Source: the human T2T-CHM13v2.0 reference genome, Homo sapiens. From it: a stretch of 64,000 bases of DNA. Shown one piece after another: positions 16,728-28,465 of this stretch (position 1 is the first letter of the stretch; the number at the start of each line of letters is the position of its first letter). The notes under the pieces were generated by a model that saw only the letters and a list, made by a program, of their open reading frames with translations, had not been told where the DNA came from and ran no database searches. Made by a program: the position numbers and the translations under genes. The stretch lies in assembly GCF_009914755.1 (NCBI RefSeq), contig NC_060927.1. One strand, written 5' to 3'.

Positions 16728-17905
16728 TAAACACTCTTTGAATGTAGCAATAAGTTTGCATATAAAATTGTGGGATTTTATGTTTTAGAAAGCATTAAAA
16801 ATTTAAGTTGAAAACACTTGTTGATAAATCTAAACAGAAATTTGGTGATCTCTTTCATTCAAAATTAAATGTCAAAGTTTGGGGAGAAAAGTGAAAACAA
16901 TTATTTGAGCCATTAGTTTTTATCCTTAGAAATCCTTTTCTAATGTAAATCTGCTGGTGTTCTCGTGTACACGTGAACATATATGATGTAACAGCCTGTG
17001 CTTGCACAGCTGCTCCAGGTAGATGGTGTTTCATTTGCAGGTCACCGTACACACCTGATTTTGCTATTCCTATCCTGTTTTACGCAAATCTGGCCAAACT
17101 GACAAATATACTGACAAAGGCCCACATTTCTGTGGTGGCTTCATGGCTGTTAGGCCTGACAGAACTTCTTTTCATATTTAACCCAAGGGTGCCCCAGAAT
17201 CATTATTTCTTAAGCAATAGTTGCATTGCTCTACTTAATAACCCTTTTGAGTAGAAACCACATCTCATTGTTATGAGCACTCAATGCCAGAAACTGAGCA
17301 AACTGTTCTATATAAATTCCAGAGATCCATTTTTGGGCTCTGGATTTGTAGCTTTTGAAAAATGTGCCTTTTAATACAGTTTTTTAAAAAATTACTAATC
17401 TTCTCAACTACATTAAAGAACTTTCTATTAAAGTTTTCTCTGATAAGTATACCAAAGTGCCCTTTAGTTGACAAGTGACAATTTGGTGCCATCTTAGGGT
17501 CATAAATAAAATACCATATAATGCCTGGACCATTGCTCTTATCAGGTCTGCATCTTGCAGGCATACTGTGAAACACGTGATATGTGCATCTTACAAATAG
17601 GTGACTGTAGAAAATGTATGTCTGATAGGAAAGACATGACAAACTTTACATTTAAGCATTATTAGATCAATTTTAACAAGCTATAAATTAGTATGTTTTA
17701 ATTCCTATTCCTGTCTCATTCATCTGTGTGGTTGCGTAATAGGATTGCATTAGATTTTGTAAGTATTTTTCTATGTGGAGTGGGTCTGGATGGTTGGATG
17801 GTCCATGCATCAGCTAGAGGTATTACAAGTTAGGGAAATAGTTTAATTTGATCTTGTTTAACTCACCCACATGGAGCTATTATTTAGTTTTGGTGTAGAA
17901 ACTAT

Positions 17906-18205
17906 GGCCAGGCATGGTGACTCACACCCTTAATCCCAGCACTTTGAGAGGCTGGGGAAGGCGGGTTGCTTGAGGCCAGGAGTTCGAGACCAGTCTGGCC
18001 AACATGGCGAAACTAAAAATACAAAAATCTGTAGAGCGTGGTGATGCATCCCTGTAATCCCAGCTTCTTGGGAGGCTGAGAACCAGAACTGCTTGAACCT
18101 GGGAGGTGGAGGCTGCAGTGAGCCTAGATTGCGCCACTGCACTCCAGCCTGGGCAACAGAACAAGACTGTCTCAAAAAAAAAAAAAAAAAGGAAAGAAAA
18201 GAAAA
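17906..18205 (+). mobile_element. Alu
   Basis: Alu dimer and A-rich tail. Confidence 0.92.
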
Positions 18206-18206
18206 A

Positions 18207-18430
18207 CTGTGCCATGCTGGTCAAATTCTCCTGTTGCTTATTTTTGTAAATAAAGTTTTATTAGAACACAACTATCCACATTCATTTACAATATTGTTTA
18301 TTGGCACTGTCATGCTGTGGCAGCAAAGGTGAGCAGTTGCAGCAAAGGTGAGCAGTTGCAAGGGACTATATGACCTGTAAAGCCTAAAATATTTACTATC
18401 TAGCCCTTTGTAGAAAGTTTGCCTACTCAT
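18207..18430. mobile_element. MER58-like DNA transposon with internal 19-bp tandem duplication (18320-18357)
   Basis: tttttgtaaataaagttttattagaacac...cctaaaatatttactatct is typical MER58 text. Confidence 0.75.
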
Positions 18431-19912
18431 TTAGATATTCAAAAAGAGGAAAATAGGCCCTGTACCTTGCATTCAGTGGATTAGAAAGGAAGTACCATCA
18501 ATTTTCTCTACCCTCCAATCTCCCAACAGTATATTCTCTCTTGAATGGATGCTCTTGGTAGCAGATTTGATGTCAGTGACTACTCTGAGTCTCCATCAAG
18601 GCCCCCATGTAGAGAAAGTCAGAGTGTCTCAGACTGTTGTTAAAACATCATCAACCAGGAGGACATGCCATCACATTATCAAGGCTTCTTGTTCTTACAG
18701 TGGCTGGAGTGTTCTGATCTGCCGTCCCATCTGAATTGTGCTTCCCATCTCTCTCTCTTTGCTCACCCAATTTTTTATCCATCTGAAGCAGTCTGCTCCT
18801 ATCTGGTTGATGGGCTCACTTCTACCTCTTGGATGCACAAGAGAAGTGGAGGTTTCCCTCCTATTGGTTGTACAAACCCAGAGAAATAAAGCTTAATCTG
18901 AATAGGCTTAAGTATGTTATCTTGCTTAGAGAAGACAACATTTAGTAATAGCAGAAACTAAACTATCCTAACAGCTCAGTCTTAGGGAAAAAATATACTC
19001 ACTAACTCATTTTTTCAGAACAGAACATTCTAAACCAAAACATATTTGCATAGTTCCCACAGATACCAAAAGGTGACTGTATATGTGCATGTATACATAA
19101 ATATAAAAATATATTTATATTTTGAGAGAAAGACTTAGCTATTTTAACCAAATAGAATGTTTTCAGGAGTAGCAGGAATAGAAGAGATTGCATGTGCATT
19201 GTAGCATGTTCATTTTTCATTTGATTTCTGTCCCTAAAAACAGAATCCAGTGAAACTAGCTGGAAATACTTCTTTCATGTATTATCTCATTCATTTACTT
19301 CTCTCATTTTAACAGACTGTTATATGGCCTGGTGCAGTCACGCCTTTTAAATTTTAAAACTTCCTTCCTTAACATGAAGTTCTCGTCTTAGAATTTTTAC
19401 AGCTGGATGGACTTGAATTTGGTATTACTCACACCTCTGGAAAGAAATGCAGAAGCAGCTTATCCTGTATGGCTCAGAAAGCTGTTGCTGAAAGTGGGGT
19501 GTAATGTTTTTAATACATTTTTCCAAGAGTAGTATTTAATTTCAAATTGGTACAAGATGCAGAATCACTTTCAGCTGTGATGACTGAAATGTGTCATTAA
19601 GACATTACGAGATAAACACCAAGTACCCCACATCTGTCTTATTGAAAATACAGTGTCATATTTTGAGTCAGGCACCACTGAAAGTTTATCCTTTTATGGA
19701 ACTTCCTGGTCTTGGTAGTGACAGCTTTCCAGGTGCTGCTCAGGTAAATGGTACACCAGCCAGCCAAACAGCATGTGGTAGAGAGCAGCACCCAGTGAAA
19801 TCTGGCAAACTTGCTAGGGGGAAAACTGGGTTTGGCCTCCTTAGGATTATGGAGTAGGGCCAGGTTATAACCCTGGTAGTTGCAGGAAGAGGAAATTCCT
19901 AGGAAATGGTAA

Positions 19913-20242
<330 letters not shown>

Positions 20243-20677
20243 ACCTTTTTCTATCTTTAAACATGCCAAGGGCTCTTTCAAATTGGGCTTTAAAAACACT
20301 ACAGAAAACTCTCTGAACATAGGAAAAAGGGCTCAAGGGGGACAGGTACTCACATGGGGATAATTCCTTCTGGTCTTTTTTCATTATTTTCTAAGTTTGA
20401 GCTTGGCTGCCCATTGAAATTGTCTTGGTAGTTTTCTACCCTTTCCAGTGTGGCTACGGCTGGAGTTGCTATAATATTCTCACATTCCTGCCCATCTTTC
20501 TTCTTCACCATATTTGATAGTGTTGATCTCCTTTGCCTCTGCAAAATTCTGCTCTTAAACCTGTGGCAACTCTGGTCTCACGTTGTCTTAATCTTTGTAC
20601 TGCTTAACACTCACTCACTTCTTCCCACATTCCTTGCTTTGCCCTGGCTTTTCATGTGCGGATATAACAATGGCTAT

Positions 20678-20830
20678 CACTTATAACACACTTTTAGTAT
20701 CAGGCACTGTGCTAAGTAACTTAAATATACTTGTTATTGTATCTTTTACACAATAATTTGGACTGTTATAATCCTTATTTTGCAAGTAGGGCAACTGAGG
20801 CATAGTCATTGATTTATTTCCTTTTGTGCA
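20678..20830. mobile_element. MIR
   Basis: caggcactgtgctaag...ccttattttgcaagtagggcaactgaggc core. Confidence 0.7.
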
Positions 20831-21489
20831 CAAAGGAGAAAAAGATAATTCTAAGGGCTTTTTAGCTATGGTCTTTATCTTCTGAAATTCAAATTCAGAT
20901 GTCAAAAGGTTAATTTGAATTCTTTCCCCATGATCAAATGGCATGAAAGACCTGTGATTATATTTACAGGATGCATATTAAACTTTCAAGGTCCAGGTGT
21001 CTCAAAAAGTGCTTTTAAAAAATAGACTTCCAGTATAATTTTATCACCACTAAATACAGAACATGATTAGGTTATAGTAAAAGTTTTCCTGTCTCTGCAG
21101 CTTTCTCTCTAAAATTTATTCATCTTAGCTGCCCAGAGTTCCTTTTGTTACTTGAACTGCTAATTGAAGACAGTTTCCAAAGCCTAAGATGAGATTTCAT
21201 TTGTTAGAACTGAATTAGAAAGAGCAGGACCTAATCACTTGATTGCAAACATAGGAAACTAGATTTTGCAAAGGGAATATGGGATGTACAATATTCTGCT
21301 TCTACACAGGTGTTCCTAATGTATATCTGATCTCAATTTTAAAATTCCTATTCTTTAAAGCCAGGTCAAAAGCCAGGTCTGAGAATCTTCTTGTGATTTA
21401 ACCTCTTCTCATCCTGGTGACCGCTGTTTCCTTATTGTAGTATTCAGTCTGCACTTTGCCATTTTGCACTTGACAGACTGCTTTATGTA

Positions 21490-21525
21490 AGGGTAAAAAC
21501 CACAGTTACTTTTGCACCAACTTAA
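21490..21525. mobile_element. MADE1-like mariner TIR fragment
   Basis: ttacttttgcaccaacttaata matches the MADE1/Hsmar1 TIR. Confidence 0.6.
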
Positions 21526-21980
21526 TAAAATAATCTCTTGTCATTTCATTGTGTGTTGTCTCCCAAGCAGCCTGAACAAGAATGTCTTCTGCAGGGGGTT
21601 CAGGTGCTATGTCATCATTTTTCGGTGAACCACCTTACATACTCCTGTGAAGTGCCTGTGACCTCTCATCTAATACATGTAGGAGAAGATATACACCAGA
21701 GTAGTATACTTAAAGGGACATTATTAGACTGTCACTGCTTTACTGCAAGGCTGGATAATTTCAGTGGAATGGTCCTGAGTGCCATGGTTAGAGAAAGGAA
21801 CCTGACTTATTACTTCTGCTGGAGGAGGACACTTTTAATGAAAGAAAAACATGGTAGATGTAATTCAGTGGTTTTAAGAAGCAGTGTTGATGATAACCCA
21901 GGAAATGGGACAGTTATATTAATATAGTCTCCAGATTAGCTTCAAACTCCAGGAATCAAGGTAGGGAGGATTTGATATAA

Positions 21981-22307
<327 letters not shown>

Positions 22308-23642
22308 CCGGTCTCACATGTTTATAGTCCTCATTAGATACCTTATTTTCCAGTAACATTTCTTCTCAAAAATAGATGTACTTGACTACTCTTTTCTTGA
22401 TTCTTCTGGGAGTAACCATCTCTTTGGAGATGGTTGTTAGTAAGGTTATAAAAATAACCTTACTGAGGAACTCCCATGCAATCCTCTGAAAATAATAAAA
22501 ATTTCCTTATTTCAAGAACTCTTATTTAACAAAGTAATTGTTAGGGTTGAATACTCTAGGGGCAAATGATTTATTGTGCCTTTTGTAAAAGTCAACACTT
22601 GGCAGGTGTGTGTTTGACACTGGCTGATGCTGGGCTTATTTCTCTAAGAGTATGGTAATTCTAGTAAAGTAAAGAAAATTGTTTATCAGATATTAGGAAC
22701 TGTACATAGGCCTGCTCAAAATGGCAGCTTTAAAGCTACCTTTAGGGCTATTCCTGATGGAATATACCAGTGGGAGAGTACAGAAGGAAGAACACAATTT
22801 GTATGAATACAAGTAAAATGAAGGTTGAGTATATTTTCAGATCTTGCCCAATGCATTTATTCTACTTGGTTCTCTTTATTTTCAAGTTCTCATTTGGAAC
22901 TGGCCGGCACTTTCAGAACTCTGGGTATTTCTAATTTTAGCAGCCTCTATTTGGCAGTATTTTCCAGAGCAGTACCTTTTAAACTTCTTCCCTACAGTCC
23001 ACAGTAAGGAATATATTTTACACAATCACCTAATACATGATATGTATATCTGATATTTTCCATTCTAACTTTTTCATTAAAAAATGCTGGGTATGACTCA
23101 TTAAATACTTTCACATCTCATTAATGGGTCAAAATCTGTAGTATAAAGAGGGCATAGGGTCTGGTATTGCTGCATATATCTCTTGATATTTTCACTTCTC
23201 ACTGTTTCCTCCTTCTCCAGGTCTAACAGCTCAGGATGCTGTTTCTTATTTGGCTGAAGCCATTAGTTTCAACTTCTCCTTTAAAACCTGGAGTGCACCT
23301 AAAGTGCTCTTCAATCCTGTCATGGTCTCATTGACTAAGTACTTACTTTTAGTAGAGACAGTTTTCTGTCTGGCATCCTCACTTCTAACTTTCATTGGCC
23401 AGACTTCATACTAAAGTACAAAGAGGAAACTGTTTTTAAAACTTTTTGAAATGATAACCAGCTGCTACTTAAAGGCAATAATTGAGTGAGACTTCTACTT
23501 TCTGAGAATGTAGCTGGCTAAATTGCTGCAATTTAAAGCATATAGACTATATTACCATTAACTTGCTGAAATGGAACATGAGAAGTATAAACATGGTTTC
23601 AAACATATTTAGAAATACAGAAGCTTCTTAAATCAGGTTGTA

Positions 23643-23648
23643 TTTATT
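23643..23648 (-). terminator. ASTE1: ASTE1 poly(A) signal AATAAA
   Basis: tttatt on +, about 160 nt past the ASTE1 stop. Confidence 0.75.
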
Positions 23649-23806
23649 AAAAACAAAATACAAAATAACTTGGAATTCAGATTATTGTGATGTTTATCCC
23701 CTAACAGGTCAGTCCTAAAGAAAAAGCTAATTGTTTCAAGGGTGGTAACGGAAGAATTTTAAGTAAGGATTATATTAAATACATCTAGTTTGATGCAAAC
23801 TGAGTT

Positions 23807-24137
23807 TTATTCAATGTTGGAGGCCTCACTATGTTCCTCTAAGTTTTCAACCATTAACAACCCAAACCGGTTGTTTCCCTCATACCAACACTTGGTGTGT
23901 GCAGTGGTTCTCCCTCTGTTCTTAGAACAGCTGGTATTCTGTTTCTTCTGCCTTTTTTTTTTTGAATTTGATCTACCTTTTGGTAGGAATATTTCAGCGG
24001 GGGCATATGACCTTGTGGCATTGAATAGATATTCATAAAGTTGCTTAGCCTCAGGACATATGCTCAGGAGACTTTCTACAGAGGTCGATGCTAGCAGTTG
24101 CTGGCATAGTCCGTGCACCAGGCTTCCACTGTACAGT
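23807..24137 (-). CDS. ASTE1: ASTE1 last coding exon (LYSGSLVHGLCQQLL...SEASNIE*)
   Basis: cag acceptor at 24139-24138; phase-2 join CG|A; TAA at 23809-23807. Confidence 0.95.
23953..23963 (-). repeat. ASTE1: Coding mononucleotide repeat A11 (HT001 MSI target)
   Basis: T11 on +; encodes S-K-K-K-R. Confidence 0.95.
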
Positions 24138-24931
24138 CTGTTCAAAGCAAGAAAAAAGTATGTTGTTAAAGAAGTAATTCAGTGCAACAGGATAACTACC
24201 ATTGACATAGCTTCAACAAATGCATCTAAACAATGAGAGCTCTTATTGCTCTATAATATTATCGAAATTACTTAAGAATAATCTGTTCTTTGAAGGAAGG
24301 AACTGAGCTGGTATGACAAAGATTCTTTGCTGGTGATACTTAAAAACTTTTCATCAACAAATTACGTGATGCATGCTTAGTGGTTTTGCAGCTAGCCCCA
24401 GACTGAGCAGGTGTCTTTAACAAACACTTTAATTTTAAAGAAAAGGAATTTAAAAGGACCCTGATAAACCAAACAGGCAGTTTGTTAGAATATGAGAAAA
24501 TTTATTGGCATCATTTGCAAGGTCATTCACTGAGACTAAAAACCTACTTCACAAATAGAAGATGGGATTAATTGGAATCCACAAGTTTATTATGGACAAA
24601 GCTGATAAACTGGTACCTTAGCAATCCATGTAGAACCATCATTTAATCAGTGTAACATCTCTGTGTAAAAAGCCTTGGTTATGCTAAGATTCAAGAACAA
24701 TCCTGCTGTTTAAATCATTATTAAGAGAACTGTTTTGTTTTGCATTTCCTGTTTTGTTTTAAAAGGATTTGTGGTAACTAAAGAGGATCCAGTCAAGAAT
24801 GGCCTTAAATTATTAAACGAAAGAAATAAAGAATCCAGGGGTCAAAGGCCAATTAGTCTTATTTGTGTTAGCTCAGATATAAGGCCCAGAGATATATTAA
24901 CAACACTGTTTACTGCCAGGAGGCTTTTTAC

Positions 24932-25006
24932 CTTGAAACATGTAAAGTCCCACCATATTTTGTATGCGTCCATATATCCTCATTCAAAGTATTGAAGGCA
25001 CTGGGG
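24932..25006 (-). CDS. ASTE1: Candidate in-frame 75-nt cassette exon of ASTE1 (PSAFNTLNEDIWTHTKYGGTLHVSR)
   Basis: ttgcag acceptor and AAG|gtaaaa donor; phase 2-2, no stop; would give 704 aa. Confidence 0.6.
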
Positions 25007-25893
25007 CTGCAACAGCAAATAAAATAGACAAGCCCCTCCCCCCACAGAGTTTACATCTGAGTGGAGAGACAAACAAAACACAATCTATCTCCTTTTTATC
25101 TTCATCTCTCCCTCAAGTACCTCCTGGATGGTCAATTACCAAGATGTCCAATCCATTGATCCTATCACTTTTTTCACTGCTCCACACCCTACTGCTGCTG
25201 TCACTTCTTTTTATCATACCCAGCTTAAACTCCACAGACAAACATTATAATTACTCTGTGGCACATAGGCTCAACTCCCTTATTGTCCTTCTTGCCTGGT
25301 AAAGCAAACATCCTAGGTTAAGTTCACTTGGGCATCTACTCATCATCTCACTTAGAATGAAAGCTCCATTAGAGCTGAGATTCTGTTTTTGTCCCTACAC
25401 CCTAGCACAGGGTAGGCATTTAATATCTGAATGAATGAGTAAGCCATATGCCAAGTGGTAAGAAATGCAATTAAAAAAAAATAGAGTAACAGGACTAGAG
25501 TGAATGAGGGTAGACAGTGTGTCTCACTAGGGTGGGTTATCAGAAAAAGGCTCTACAAAGTGACATTTAAAGACTGAGAGGAAAGGAGAGAGTTGTATCC
25601 TACCAATGATTGCCTCCCCTCTCCCACATATTAATGTATTACTTAAAGGAACTGATTTTTTAAAATTGGATTGAATCATGGAAACATTCTTTGAGAATAT
25701 GGAAATAATTTAATATTTTTCCCGTTTCCAGCTCTTCAGCTGTAACAGTGACTCAAAATCAATTACATTAAGATTAGTTTTTTTTTGTTTTGGTTTTTTT
25801 TTTTAAGTAACTTTGTTGCTTTAAATATAAGTGAAAATACTGTATTTACTTTTGTGTGCTTCCATCTGAACTAAAGTTTCCCATGGTGCTTAC

Positions 25894-26089
25894 CGAGTTA
25901 GGTCTGGCTCTGGGAGAGGAGTGGACAGCAGCTGGTTGAGATACATCCCCATCTGGAGACAGGACTGCCACTGACAGAAGATGTGAGCTGTGTCTAAGTC
26001 CAGTCTTGTGCCCAGCCGTGTCTGCGCCTTCACTCTTTGGAACTCTGCATACAACATCTTAGCACCATCTTCCTGCAGCTCTTCCTTAC
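25894..26089 (-). CDS. ASTE1: ASTE1 coding exon (KEELQEDGAKMLYAEF...PLPEPDLTR)
   Basis: tttatttag acceptor and CG|gtaag donor; 196 nt; phases match neighbours. Confidence 0.95.
25902..25997 (+). CDS. ATP2C1: ATP2C1 alternative terminal exon (literature exon 28): VWLWERSGQQLVEIHPHLETGLPLTEDVSCV* (SPCA1b/d); alternative frame GLALGEEWTAAG* (SPCA1c)
   Basis: ttag acceptor at 25900-25901; translations match the recognised SPCA1 isoform C-termini. Confidence 0.9.
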   Translation, partial: VWLWERSGQQLVEIHPHLETGLPLTEDVSCV

Positions 26090-26739
26090 CTAAATAAAGA
26101 AACAGCCCAAGGGCAGTATTTCTAAAAGCACTGTAACAGCTTTTCATTTTCTCCACATATACTACAAATTCTATAAAGAAAGAAATTAATTTAAAAAAAC
26201 TAAGATGTTTTTCTCTTCTGGCTTCATAAATGCCTTGCTGTATAAATTGAAATATTGATACTGAACTGTCTTTTTAATGATGACCTAACTTTATTCAACC
26301 CATCGGAATTTACTTTTTCCCTGAAATAAGATCTTTTCCACTGGTCTACTACCTGACCATAAACATGTCTGCATTTGAATTCTCTAAACCCTAAATCTGT
26401 GTCTATGAAAAATACAAATGACTATTAAATATTATTCTCTTTACTGTTCTCTTTCACCGAAACTCCCAAGCTGTGGTGCATTTGTGTTAAAGAAACAACC
26501 TGTGTGTTCAAAACACATTTTGACCTCTGTGTTTTATAGGAGGAAGCTAAAGTATGACTTGGAGAATTTGGCAAATAATCATTTTCTTTTCATAGTAGAG
26601 GATAAGGGGCAAGAAGCAACAATCCTAGGAAATAAGGAATGTTGTGTGTTTTTAGCTGTAAGTTTCTACAGATTTGTTTGGGCAGGGGTGCACAAAATAA
26701 CATCTGGACCAATTTGAAAATAATAAAAAGGAGGCCCAC

Positions 26740-26799
26740 CTTTTACCAACTAGCGAGGAGCAAGACACTGAGCCTGCCTGGGTACAGGGTCCACATTTC
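26740..26799 (-). other. ASTE1: Candidate ASTE1 poison cassette exon (in-frame TAG)
   Basis: Strong tttcttttcttttag acceptor and AAG|gtgggc donor; reads GNVDPVPRQAQCLAPR*. Confidence 0.5.
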
Positions 26800-27099
26800 C
26801 TAAAAGAAAAGAAACAGACCCTTGACATGCCCCTTCTCTTGGACTCAGGTAAAAACTTAATAGGCTTGTGCTCTGAGAGCTTTCTTATACTGTATTTATT
26901 ATTCAATCAGAGGAAATACTCTAAACCTGTGTTCATAAAGCAGCAGTGGGACTTAACTGATTTGTTTTGTGTTAAGTTGGCTGTCATATAACAACAGTCC
27001 CTCTGACAGCTGTCAAGCTTGAGCCTTAATACTTTAGAAACAGGAATCCATGCTGTTTCATTCTTTTATCTAACTTATTAAAATAGTAAACTAGAGTAG

Positions 27100-27280
27100 C
27101 ACGATCTAATAGAACTTTCTGCAGTGCTGTCCAATACAGTAGGCTAGCCTATAGCCATATGTAACTACCTGACACTTGAAGTGTGGCTAGTGTGACTGAA
27201 AAGCTGAATTTTTAATTTAAATGGAATTTAACTTTGGCCATGTGTGGCTAGTAGCCACCATATTAGATAGTACTATTCCA
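27100..27280. mobile_element. MER3/MER33-like DNA transposon
   Basis: gctgtccaatacagt...tgtggctagtagccaccatattagatag. Confidence 0.65.
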
Positions 27281-27439
27281 GAGTATAATTATTATGCATG
27301 TTTATACAGTGTTAGAGCATTCATAATCTTTAAAGAGGATATTCCACTGAGGTATTAAAGTGTCCCAGTGTTTCAGCATTTACTTCACCTGGTATTATAT
27401 GCAGATGAACTTGCCTCAGTGTATTTAAGAGATATTACT

Positions 27440-27781
<342 letters not shown>

Positions 27782-28254
27782 CTAATTGAAACCTACAGCA
27801 GAGAAAAAGGAATAAAAAGATGTATAAGCAAGAATGTAGTGGTTGTAGGTATTTAGATAAGTTTCACTTCTGGGCAAGTTTCTTGTGATGACGTTGCTGC
27901 TGTGCTAATAACTGGATAGGTAACATGGAATACAAAATGCAGCTGGCAAAATACACTGTCACAATTCACAAGTTAAAGGAGTAGGTGCCACCAAACAGAT
28001 GGAAGTTGGCAGTACCCCAACACATCTCACTGCTGTATACTTAAGATTCAAGCCCTCCAGCACTGAGCCTGGCACATGAAGTGTTAAAAAATATTTACCA
28101 ATGAATGAATGATATTTTGGTGCCTCCACATCTAAGTTGTGATACAATTAATGGGAGTAAATAATCCAAGAATACTTTTTTGTTTGTGTAAACTCGAGTA
28201 AACAGTTTGCAAGCAACATGCCACAATATACTCCTGTAATTTCCAGTTACCTAC

Positions 28255-28465
28255 CAGGGCTGTTGATTATGGCAATCAAGGGCCCCACTAGCATTGTGAG
28301 CAGTAAGGATTGTAGATGATGTAGCTTTGCTTTGGTCTCGGTGTGCTGCAACCAGTAGCAACTGACAGCAATGGGCAACTTCAGTGAAGTAGGGATTGGC
28401 TCCAGAATGGTCTGTTTCACCTTCAGGGTTTCTAACAGAAGCATCTGCCGCCTCCTCAAGGAGAG
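28255..28465 (-). CDS. ASTE1: ASTE1 coding exon (LSLRRRQMLLLETLKVK...AIINSP)
   Basis: ttttcag acceptor and G|gtag donor; 211 nt. Confidence 0.95.

Noticed and set aside
19730-19805. Minus-strand peptide ISLGAALYHMLFG resembling kinase subdomain IX
   Set aside because: No DxW or other kinase motifs nearby; probably chance
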